From the NCBI RefSeq assembly GCF_004010195.1, contig NC_057751.1, positions 9,869,457 to 9,933,456 on the forward strand: a DNA stretch of 64,000 nucleotides, written 5' to 3'. This stretch comes from Chiloscyllium plagiosum. Lineage: Eukaryota. Positions within the stretch are counted from its first letter, which is position 1. The number at the start of each line of letters is the position of its first letter. The translations under genes and the position numbers were made by a program. Shown here piece by piece: positions 1-11,050 of the stretch. The notes beneath the pieces are model-generated. The model saw only the letters and a program-made list of their open reading frames with translations, was not told where the DNA came from and searched no databases.

Positions 1-1099
1 TGTAATTTCTAACTAGAGATTTTTCACATCTGTGTTTGTGACCCTTTCAACATAAGCAAATTGATTATTAGTTACATTCATGTGCATCAAGACCATTTTT
101 AGGAACATGTTCAACTTTGACAGAAGCACAACGGCACCAAACATTCACATGAAGGCCACATAGTACAAGAATCAATTTGTTGAAAGGAGACAAATTAATC
201 TTTCCATGATAATCCATAAAATTCTCATGTAAGGCACTAGTATCTCAAGCATCTTTTACCTGCAGAAAAGCTTAATGAAGCTTCTGACTCATGCATAATT
301 GCCCCTTGGAAAAGAAGTTATGTCAGGAGGTCAAGTTTTAAGTGCTTACAGATGATGAACAGTATAGAAACAAGTTATACAGCCTTCGTTAAATCTTGTC
401 ATCTGGACGGTGCACTCTAGCCCTCCTTGACATTTTATTTAATCCTTCAGGACTGAAAGTAGCTTGAAAGAAATGTGATTTTATATTTTATGTAATTAAA
501 CAATGACACAACCAAACTTTTTCAAATACAACAAAATGTTTGATAATCCACTCTTTATCAACAGTCATTTTAATTTAGACAATTGTTTTGGATACTCACT
601 GTGCTGAAAACTGCCAACATGAATTTCACTTTGGAAACTAAAGAATTAGTGTTGAAATGAGACACAGGTCACAAGCCATTGTTCCCACTGAAGATTGTTT
701 TGCTTTTGTAACTGTATGAGAATGTGAGCTGTGCTTCAGAGTTCTACCATAAGGATTTGGAAGAAATTTTATGACGTATATGGCACAGTTCCAAGTCTCA
801 AATATGATTCTAACTTTGTATTGTTCTGCAAGACTGAAAATAATCATAATTTTGGCACCTGATTTGTAAGAATGACATCATACTTCAAATGGAACAACGT
901 GAAGGTTCATTTTGCATAAGGACAACATGATGATGGAAGCTTGAAGTCAGAGTGAGATGAAAACCTGTCATTTCCCCGATATACTATGCAAATTAAAATT
1001 AATTTATTCGGCTTTCGTAAAGATTGTGTTCAAACACAACTTGAAGATGTAGTTGTTAAACTCAAGTCCATTTCATGTTTACTTACCTATCTCACAAAA

Positions 1100-1400
1100 G
1101 AAGAAAAGCTTGCATTTTTTCAGGACTTTTTGTGACCTCAATGTTTTCTGAAGTACTTTGCAGGCAGCTTTCACAAAAAGCAATTGGATCATGATCAGAT
1201 GTCCTGAGCTATTTTGATCACTTCCCCAGACTTCAACCTGGCGACAAAGGAATGTATCAGCTCCTCCGAAGTTTTACATGAAATGGCAATCCCTCAGTGC
1301 AACACCATGGAGTCAGCCTTGAGATTTGTGCTGTCTTTTCTCGAGTGGTGATTGAGCACACAGAATTCAAATTTTGAAGTGAGAGTACCATCAACTGAGG
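1100..1400 (-). mobile_element. Old Deu-domain (SacSINE1-like) tRNA-derived SINE relic
   Basis: Degenerate AAAGAA..CTTGCATTT tail through CCCTCAGT..GAGTCAGCCT..GAGAGTACCATCAACTGAG head; a similar copy lies at about 42110-42390. Confidence 0.5.
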
Positions 1401-1840
1401 CCTTTTGTGTGTCACCATTTCTTGTTATGCCAACCTCTTACTGTAGTTTTCTAACTGCTTGGGGGACATTTTTCCTGCCTGTTCTTCTCTACTGAATAGT
1501 CGAGACTTTTTTAGAAAAAAGCATGATTTTGGCAGTAGATCAACTTGTGTAAATGCTTGCCAATTTCCTTATGCAGGCTCACATGTTAGCTCTTTCTGTT
1601 TGGTCGTTGTTGGGTTTCCTTACAGAGCCAGTTAATGTGTGTATGTGTCTATATGGAGTGGTAGTGACTGGAAGCAGGCAGCAGCAGCACTCCTTGCCAA
1701 AGGAGGCCACCTTCTGCAGTGGACTGTGTGTGTGTTTGGAACTTGGAGTCAGATTCCCCACTTTGGCCACCGGGGCAAGGATGCTGCTCTTGCCAGGGAC
1801 CTGTCCCTGTCCCTCTCCCTGGTTCGTGGGTGTAGGCTCC

Positions 1841-2066
1841 GTTTCTAGGGAGCAGGCCGCGTCTCCATGGTGACAGGCGGCTCGCAGAGGCTCCGAAGAA
1901 CCAAAAGGAGCAAGAAATGCATCCGTGAGATGGCGAGGGCAAGACGGGGGACCCACCGAGCCAGGTCCACTGCAGACTTTACCGAGGAGACAGTTTGGGA
2001 ACAAAAAAAAAATTCCGAGAGACCAGACGGGAGGTGGGGTGGGGTATCACAGGGCGGGATTTAAAA
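1841..2066 (+). promoter_or_regulatory. Putative upstream (neuroendocrine/beta-cell) GCK promoter: two RFX X-box-like motifs, GC box, TATA-like element
   Basis: GC/CpG-richer patch directly 5' of exon 1. X-box-like GTTTCTAGGGAGC at 1841-1853 and GTCTCCATGGTGAC at 1861-1874, GGGCGG at 2052-2057, TTTAAAA at 2060-2066. The TSS cannot be determined from sequence. Confidence 0.6.
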
Positions 2067-2146
2067 ACCTGCTGAAGGAGCTTCCGCGGCAGTTGTGAAC
2101 TGGTGAATGTGCAGAGCTGAGACCCTCAAACACAAACATTGCCTTA

Positions 2147-2191
2147 ATGCCGAGTAACAGAGCCAGAATAGACTACGGTAGGATGCAGAAG
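2147..2191 (+). CDS. GCK: Glucokinase coding exon 1 (beta-cell/neuroendocrine type), MPSNRARIDYGRMQK
   Basis: ATG at 2147, 45 bp (15 codons), phase-0 donor AAG|GTAAAT. Same length as human exon 1a MLDDRARMEAAKKEK, with shared RAR and terminal K; joins exon 2 in frame. Confidence 0.88.
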
Positions 2192-5100
2192 GTAAATCCG
2201 GCCCTTTCTTTTGAGCTGGCGCAACATCAGAGCATAAATGTAAATTATTCCCAACCGAGTTAACCTTCATCTGTTTTTGCCTTATTTGGCATCTAAACAG
2301 CTGGAAATGAAAGTGTTTCTCTTGAGTTGATACTTGGAATGCTTTTGGAATTGTGTTTTTTTCAGGAAGTTGAATTGTCCTGGGATGTTGTGTGAATGGG
2401 CATCTCAAACCTCTTCTGCTTTTGGAAAGCGAGTTTGTAAAGGGACTTGGACAAATAGTTTTCTTAAACCTAATTCGTTTCCAGAACTTAAATTGCAACG
2501 GCAGTTGGAGTGACATCGTCTTCCGAAGTGTAGTTCTTGTAGCTGTGCGAATATATATTTAAAGATCACAATTGTAAGTGCTGGACATTTTAAATCTCAA
2601 TTCACTCTCTCTGAATGACCTTGAGACATTGTTCCATCTTTAAGATTCTGTTTCAATCGTCGTATTTTGAAATTGATGCTTTCGAATCAGTTCATTTTGT
2701 CTTTGCCCAATTAATACCAGAAAAACACTAAAGTTTTGAAATGGTTTATTTCTGAATAAATCGTGGATCTGCTGTGAGATTTAATTGTTTTTTTGAGTTT
2801 CTGTTCACTAATCTGATGCAGCGAATCATCGACTTTTGACAGCATATGTGTTTCGTTGTTTATGTTTGATGACAGGAGCAGGGGTTTTATAATATGTAAT
2901 ACTGTGTAGATATTTGACTGTGATTTCTATCTCTTCAATATTGTAGCATTTAATTGCTATGCCCACTGCCAAGGCTGGGTGTGCTTAAATTTGAAATCAA
3001 AAGGATTGTTTTAATAATCCATCTGTTATAATTAAATGTAGTTCAATGAAGATAAATGTGAAGTCATACATTTTAAATTTTACAATCAGGACAAACAGCC
3101 TCTTTGTGTCAATTCCATCAAGCTATGTTGAATTTCTTTTTTCATCCATGGGATGTTGTTATCACTGGGAAAGTCAAGACATATTGTCATTCCATAATTA
3201 CCCTTGAGAGTTGGCAAGCCAACTTCTTGAACTGCTGTAATCCGTGAAATGCAGGTACTCCCTGTTCGAGAGAGTTCCAGGTTCTTGACTCACTGACAAT
3301 GAAGGTAGGTTTCCAAGTCAAAACAGAGTGCAGGATATGGTTGGTGTTCCTGTTGGATGCAGCTCTTTTTCCAGACAGTAAAATTTGCCTATTTAGATGG
3401 TCCTGCTGAAGAAGCTACAACTAGTTTCCTCAATCCATCTTCTAAGCATTACACATTGAAAGTATTGTGCATTGGTGGGATTGGAAGTGAATCTTCCTAT
3501 GTGATGGGTGGGGTTCAAATGGGCTATATCCTGAAAGGTTTCATGCTTCTTGACTGTGCATTCACAAAGGTAAGAGGAGGAGTATTCCATCACATAACTG
3601 TAATTATTTGCATCAGCCTTTGATACAAAAGCAAAATATTGTGGATCGGAAATCAATATGTTGGAAAAATCTGATCAGGTCTGGCAACAACTGTGTGGAG
3701 AGAAATCAGAGTTTTAGACCAATGACTCTTCATCGGAAGTGGGAAAAGTTGGAAATGCAATACATTTTCAGAAGACACAGATTGATACAAGAACGGGAGG
3801 AAGGTGGAGGTCAAAGCCAAGGGAAGTTAGAATGGGCAGTTTAGAAAATGAGTTGTGTATCCAGGGAGAAGTGAATGGCAGAATAATGAATAGTTGTTTT
3901 CCAAAATCAAGAGTAGGACTGCAAAACTGCCAAGAGAAGGAAACTGAGTCGTGACAGAGGTTATAGCATGAAATTGTAGAACTTAGTATTGAGTCTACAA
4001 TCATAGAATCCGTGCAGTGTAGAAGCAGGCCATTCGGCCCATCAAGTCAACAATGATCCTGCGAAGAGTATCCCATCCAGACCCACCACCCTATAACCCT
4101 GCATCTCTCATGGCCAGTCTTAGCCTGCACATCCCTATCATGAACAGATTCATCTGCAGCCGGCAGAATGTAAAGTACCAAATCAAAAGATATGTTTTTC
4201 AAGCTTGTGTGAAGCTTAATTGGAATGCTCTGGTGAGCCAAGAGAGGAGATAACTATGTGCAAGCAAGGTGAAGAATTAAAATGGCAAGCTGTGCAAAGG
4301 TCGGGGTACGTTTGCAGACTGAACAGAGGTATTCTGCAAAGACACCACTTTATCAGTGTTTTTTCTCCACAGTTTGGAATGAACCACATTATAAGGGAAG
4401 ATTTTGGATGCGTAGGGTGGGGAAGGAAACTGGAGGGGATGGATCCACTTGAAATGTGGAGCTTATTCAAGGAACAGCTACTCCGCGTCCTTGATAAGTA
4501 TATACCTATCAGGCAGGGAGGTAGTTGTCAAAAGAGGGAGCCATGGTTTACGAAAGAAGTTGAAGCTCTTGTCAAGAAAAAGAGGAAGGCTTCTGGAGGA
4601 TAAGGCGTGAAGGCTCAGTTAGGGGGCTTGAAAGTTATAAGTTAGCCAGAAAAGATGTAAAGAGAGGGCAAAGAAAACCCAGGAGGGGACAATGTGAAGT
4701 TGTTGGCAGATAGGATCAAGGAAAACCCTAAGAACCTACTATAGGTTTATCAGGAATAAAAGAATGACTAGAGTAAAATTAGGGCCAATCAAATATAGAG
4801 GTGGAAAGTTGTGTGTGGAATCTGAGGACACGGGGAAGCGCTTAATGAATAATTTTCGTCAGTCTTCACATTAGAAAAGCACGATGGTGTTAGTGAGAAT
4901 ACAGAGATACGGGCTACAAGATTAGATGGGATTGCTGTTGATAAAGAGGAGGTTTTAGCAATTTTGGAAGATCTGAAAATAGATAAGACCCCTGGGTCGG
5001 ATGGGATTTATCCTCGGATTCTCCGGGGAGCCAAGGAGGAGATTACAGAGCCATTGGCTTTGGTCTGTATGTCATCAATGTCGACAAGAGAAGTGCCAGA

Positions 5101-5391
5101 AGACTGGAGGATAGCAAATGTTCCCTTGTTTAAGAAGGGGAGTTGTAATTATAGGCCAATGATCCTCATCTCGGTTGGGGGTAAAGTGTTGGAAAAGGTC
5201 ATAAGAGATAGGATTTATAATCATTTGGAAAGGAATAATTTGATTAGGGATAGTCAACACAGTTTTGTGAAAAGTAGGTTGTGCCTCACTCACCTTATTG
5301 AGTCCTTCGAAAAGGCAACAAAATAGGTGAATGAAGATAAAGTGGTTGAAGTAGTGTATGTGGACTTCAGTAAGGCGTTTGATAAGGTACC

Positions 5392-5592
5392 ACCCCCTGA
5401 GAAAAGAGCAGGAAATGACATCAACATAGGAAATGAATTCACCACAGGAAATGAAATCACCAACCCCAAGGAATCCCAAACATATTACTAGAAAGCAGGA
5501 AACAGCAGTGCTTCATCCGGAGGGTTACTGAAGATGGTGATGAAACATCTGCAAATGAACCTTCCAGCTCAGCAAGCAAACCTACATCCAGA
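5392..5592 (+). mobile_element. Penelope-like terminal fragment nested in the CR1 reverse transcriptase
   Basis: Interrupts the FDKVPH motif; short AGGAAATGA repeats; decayed CTGAAGA...GAAACATC hammerhead-like core near 5528-5549. Confidence 0.55.
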
Positions 5593-6285
5593 AGGCTCCA
5601 CACGGTAGGCTATTGCACAAAATACAGAGATTTGGGATTGAAGGTGATTTAGCAGTTTGGATCAGAAATTGGCTAGTTGAACGAAGACAGAGGGTGGTGG
5701 TTGATGGAAAATATTCATCCTGGAGCTCAGTTACCAGTGGTGTGCCGCAAGGATCTGTTTTGGGGCCACTGTTGTTTGTCATTTTTCGAAATGATCTGGA
5801 TGTGGGCGTAGAAGGATAGGTAAGTAAATTTGTGGATGACACTAAGGTAGGCAGAGATGTGGATAGTGCCAAGGGTTATTGTGAGTTACAGAGGGACATA
5901 GATAAGAGGCAGAGCTGGGCTGTGAAGTGGCAAATAGAGTTTAATGTGGAAAAGTGTGAGGTAGTTCACTTCGGAAGAAGTAACAGGAATGCAGAGTACT
6001 GGGCTAATGGTAAAATTCTTGGCAGTGTAGATGAACAGAGAGATCTTGATGTCCTGGTACATAAATCCCTGAAAGTTACCACCCAGGTTGATAGGGTTAA
6101 TAAGAAGGCTTATGGTGTGTTGGCATTTATTGGTAGGGAGATTTAATTATGGAGCCACAGGGTAATGTTTCAGCTGTACAAGACACTTGTAAGGCCGCAC
6201 CTGGAGTATTGCATGCAGTTCTGGTCACCGCATTATAGGAAGGATGTAGAAGCTTGAGAACGGGTTCAGAGGAGATTTACTGGGA

Positions 6286-6794
6286 TGTTACCTGGTATGG
6301 AAGGAAGGTCCATACCTGGTATGGAAGGAAGTATGGATGAAAGGCTGCGGGAACTGAGGCTGTTTTCATTGGAGAGAAGAAAGTTGAGAGATGACTTAAT
6401 TGAGACGTATAAGAAAATCAGAGGGTTAGATAGGGTGGACAGTGAGAGCCTTTTTCTTTGGATGGTGAAGGCAAACACAAAGGGACATAGCTTTAAATGA
6501 GGGGTGATAGATTTAAGACATATATTCAGGGTAGTTTTTTTAGATTAGATTACTTACAGTGTGTGTTACCTGGTATGGAAGGAAGGTCTTATGAGGAAAG
6601 GCTGCGGGAACTGAGGCTGTTTTCATTGGAGAGAAGAAAGTTGAGAGATGACTTAATTGAGACGTATAAGAAAATCAGAGGGTTAGATCGGGTGGACAGT
6701 GAGAGCCTTTTTCTTTGGATGGTGAAGGCTAACACAAAGGGACATAGCTTTAAATGAGGGGTGATAGATTTAAGACATATATTCAGGGTAGTTT
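6286..6794 (+). repeat. Near-identical ~230 bp direct duplication of CR1 3' sequence around a 26-nt HE1-tail fragment
   Basis: Copy 1 at 6286-6537, copy 2 at 6564-6794; spacer TTTTAGATTAGATTACTTACAGTGTG. Confidence 0.9.
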
Positions 6795-7194
6795 CTTCAC
6801 TCAGAGTAGTAGAGGCATGGAACGGCCTGTCTGCAACCGTAGTAGACTTGCCAATATTAAGGGTATTTAAATGGGCATTGGACATGCATATGGATAATAG
6901 TGGAACAATGTAGGTTAGATGGGCAGCACATTATTTTCACAGGTCGGTGCAACGTCAAGGGCCAAAGGGCCTGTACTGCGCTGTAACATTTTATGTTCTA
7001 TAAACAGAAAATACAATTGGCTGAATTGAAACAAATATTCTTGTGTTGCTGTACCACTTGGAAGCAGTTTTGGGACTTTGGACAGTTGGAGAGATGAAGT
7101 GATGGGGCAGGTGTTGTCTCTTCTCCTCTTGCATGGAGAAATGCTGGAAATGGATGGGCGTTTGGGATGACAGAGGAATGAACCATGGTTTCGA

Positions 7195-8830
7195 TTTCAT
7201 TTATTATTGTTACATCTGCCGAGATACAGTGAAATGTTTTGTTTTGCGTGCAGCATAGGCAAATCATGCCAGACAAAGTGCAATCGAGTAATACAGCAGA
7301 ATGAGCAATACAATGTTACAGATGGAGAAGATGCACAAAGAGCAAGGTCAACATTAGATTTGCAATTTGAGGTCCATTCATACCTGTGGGGTAGACACGA
7401 TTCTTGAATCTTTCTGAAGTGTGTTTAAGCTTTTGTATCTTCTGCCCGATGGAAGAGATTATAACTGGGATGGGTGGGGTCTTTGATGATGTTGATTGCC
7501 TTCCTGATGCACTGATAAGTCTTGGTCGAGTCAATGGATGGAAGGATGGTTTGCGTGATGGACTGGGCTGTGTTCACAACTCACTAGTTTCTTACTGTCC
7601 TGAGCAGAGCAATTGTCATACTAAGCTGTGATGCATCCGGTTGGAATGCTTTCTGTGATGCACCTATAAAAATTGATAAAAGTCATTACCGATATGCTGT
7701 ATTTCCTTAGCCTCCTCAGGAAGTAGAGGCATTGTTGTGTTTTCTTGACCATCGCATCAACTTGGGTGGAACAGGACAGATTGTTGGTGACCTTCACATC
7801 TGATGCTCTTGACCACCTCCACCTCAGCTCCAGTGATGCAGATAGGGGCATGCACTCCACCTTGCTTCCTGAAGTCAATGACTAGCTCTTTTGTTTTGCT
7901 GACATTGAGGGAGAGATTTACACCATGCCACCAAACAGTTTATTTCTTTACTGTATTCTATCTCATCATTGTTTGAGATCCAGCCTACAACGGTGGTGTC
8001 GTCAGGAAACTTGTAGAGTTAGGATGAAATTTGGCCACACAGTCACGGGTGTACAGGGAGTATAGCAAGAGGCAGTGTACTCAGCCTTGTGGGGCACCAG
8101 TGAGGATTGTCATGGAGGAGATGCTGTTGCCTATTCTCACTGATTATGGTCATTGGATCAGGAAGTCAAGGATACAGTTGCAGAGCGCTGACCAGAGACC
8201 GAGGAATCAGAGTTTGAAGATTAGTCTGGTTGGAATTATGGTGTTGAAAGTGGAGCTGTGGTCAATGATTAGGAGCCTGATGTAGCTATCTTGTTCCCCA
8301 GATGTTACAGGGATGAGGGTAGAGCCAAGGAGATGGCATCTGCCATGGACCTGTTGCGATGGTAGACAAATTTCAAGGGATCAAGGCAGGCTGGGAGGCT
8401 AGAGTTTTGATATGAGCCGTGACTAACTTCTCAAAGCACTTCATAATAAGGGAAGTCAAAGTCATCGTGCAGTAGTAATTGAGGCTCACTGCATGAGTTT
8501 TCTTTTATTCCGTGACAGTGGTGGTTTTCTTGAAGCAGGTGGGGACTTCAGAGCATAGTAAGGAAAGGTTAAAGATGTCAGCAAATTCTCCTGTCAACTG
8601 GTACGCGTAGGATCAGAGTGCACAGCTGGAACCTTCATCGGGGTCAGTAGCTTTCTGTGGGTTCACTCTCAAAAATCACTCCGGCATTTGCAGGGGTGAC
8701 TGAGGGAAAAGGTGCATCTGAGGCACACACTTGTGAATGAACTCTGTAATGGAATGGTGTACTCATCTTGATTGGCCCTGAGTTCTTAAATATGGACCAG
8801 TCCACCAGTATTGTAGACAGATTAGTTTCT
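7195..8830 (-). mobile_element. Rex1/Babar-clade LINE relic
   Basis: Minus-strand peptide KKTQQCLYFLRRLRK..NFYRCITESI-TGCITA, typical of the Rex1 RT C-terminal region; TGAPQG-VL upstream. Confidence 0.8.
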
Positions 8831-10089
8831 TCTGAATACTAAAACACAAAAGGAAAGATATGTTTCATGATGGCAAACATGGTCAAGGCTTATTTGTTAC
8901 GTGTGGATGCGAGTAGCATGAAACGTGAGGACAAGGGGAACCATATTAGGCCTTCAGAAGGGAGGAATTGGCATTAGAGAGCACAAATGCAGGAAATGGA
9001 TTGGACACCTTCGAGGACCCTGTCACAATTGGGGGTGGTGTGGATTACTGAGTCAAGGAAAATGGAAGACATGATATAAGCACCCTTGAGGCAGATTACA
9101 TCATCAGAACAGATGCAACGGAGGCAGAGAAACTGGAAAAATATGAAAGAGCTTTATCAGCAGCAGGGTGCGAAGAACTATATTTGCGGACCTGAGCTCA
9201 TTGTCATAGTTCCCCTGTAGCCTTTTCTCAGAGATGGAGACAGATAAGTAAAGGAAAGGAAGGGAAGAGTTATTGTCCAATTTTACAAGGGCCTTTTGAT
9301 GGTGCATTCAGTCAATTGCTACCTTGAAGTCAAGCTCTCATTCTCATTTCACCTCTGGAATTCAGTTCTGTTGGCCCCTTCTGGTCCACGCTACATGAGA
9401 TTGAGAGCTGAGTGATCATGGTGGAAACCAAAGTGAGTGTCGGCGATGGTTATTGCTGTGTATGTTCCAGTTGCTTAAAGTCTAATGTTTATAAACTTGC
9501 CAGTGGTAAAGCTCATCCTTCTCAGTCTCTTCTGACAGACACCCCTCTTATCTGAGGAATTGCTCTCATTTCTTCTGTCCATTCACACACAAATAATCTG
9601 ACCGTAGTCAGTTAAATTCAATCCAGTGTTATGCTACCACTGTGCTGCATGGTGCAGCAGCCTCTCATGGCACACCATAAACCAGAATGCTCTAACTTGT
9701 CACACAGACACTTAGTCACATCTCGTGGGAAATTCTGAATTCAGTCAGTTTTAGTCAGAAGACAGAACAAAGTGATTCTGATAGAAATGTGCTTTGATTT
9801 TAAAGCAGTGAACAGAATGTTGAACTGCAGAAACTTCAAAAAAAGCTAAACAGTGACTTGAGCTCATGGAAAGAACATTTAATTGTTTTGAATAATTTGC
9901 TGTTCTCTCCTCTGTAAAGTGCTGACCTGAGAGAGAGAGTAAGTGACCTTGGCCATATAGCTAATTATTGTGAATAATTCCGCTGCAAATGGTATGCAGC
10001 TCTAACAGGTAAATAACCATCAGAAAACCCTTTGAAATGGACAGTGGGATGATTTTCCAAGCCCTGAAGTAGTTGATAGGAATAGGTGA

Positions 10090-11050
10090 ACCAAGCCTGA
10101 GTCTGAGCAGCTACAGGTTGTCACTAAATGTACAGATTTATTGATGACACCAAACGTAAGTTGTAAGGAGGTTTCAAGGAGCCTTCAAGCGGACGTGTAT
10201 AGGATAAGTGAATGGGCTAGAACATGGTAGTTGGAATATAATAGATAGTTAGCTTGTCTTAGGAGTAGAGATTGAAGAAATTGTGTCTCTATTCTCTTAA
10301 GGTGTGAAGAGTGATCTATTTGAAACTTAAAAATTCAGGCTTGACAGAATGGATACTTCCCATTTGGAGATTTTCCCAAGATAAGGGTGATGGTATTAAA
10401 GACATTAACAGAGGAATTTCCTCACTCAGAGAATGATGAATCTTTGAAACTCTCTATCTCAGAGAGCTGTGGAAGCTCAATCATAGAGCATGGTCAAGAG
10501 ACAAATTGATTGGTTTCTGGAAACTGCTGCCATTAAAGGATATGGAATATCAGATAACGAAGAGGCCATTCAGCCCCTCAACCCTGTTCTGCTGTTCATT
10601 GCGATCATGGCTGATTTGTAGCCTAACTCCATATATGTACCTTTGGCCCAAAGTCCCCAAAGCTTTGCTTCACAAAAATGTGGCTATCTCAGATTTAAAA
10701 TATAACAACTGATCCTGCATCCACTGCCATTTCTTGAAGTGAATTCCAAACCTTCACCACCCATTGTGTGTCGAAGTGCTTCCCTACAATTCTTCTGAAC
10801 AGTCTGGCCCGAAGTTTTAGACTATACCCTCTGGTCCTAACATCCCCAACCAGTAGAAATAGTTTATTTTTACCTACCCTGTCTTTTCCTTTCAGTATAT
10901 TGAAGACTTCGATGAGATTACACTTCAACTTTGTGAATTATAGAGATAACAGACTGATTTGCATAATCTCTCATTATAGCTTAACCCCTGAAGTCCAAGT
11001 ATAATTCTTGTAAACTTATGTTGTCCTCCTTCGGAGTCAATGTATCCTTA
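10090..11050. mobile_element. Two degenerate CR1 3' fragments in opposite orientation (+ about 10090-10520, - about 10530-11050)
   Basis: LIEVFNILKG..RTRGYSLKL..WVVKVWNSL CR1 C-terminal motif on the minus strand; the same motif is decayed on the plus strand. Confidence 0.75.

Larger units (their letters stand above)
4410..6995 (+). mobile_element. CR1/HER1-type LINE, 5'-truncated, degenerate ORF2 (reverse transcriptase)
   Basis: ORF fragments [56 protein letters not shown]; stops and frameshifts throughout. Confidence 0.92.

Noticed and set aside
1553-2064. Overlapping ORFs of 65-141 aa on both strands, including MVTGGSQRLRRTKRSKK
   Set aside because: No recognisable homology or splice structure; expected in a GC-rich promoter. 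The ATG at 1867 is part of the X-box motif.
9921-10014. Possible liver first exon near a TGACCTTGG site with donors GA|GTAAGT and AG|GTAAAT
   Set aside because: The ATG at ~9989 reaches its donor in phase 2, which is incompatible with phase-0 exon 2; the other donor has an in-frame stop and no ATG.
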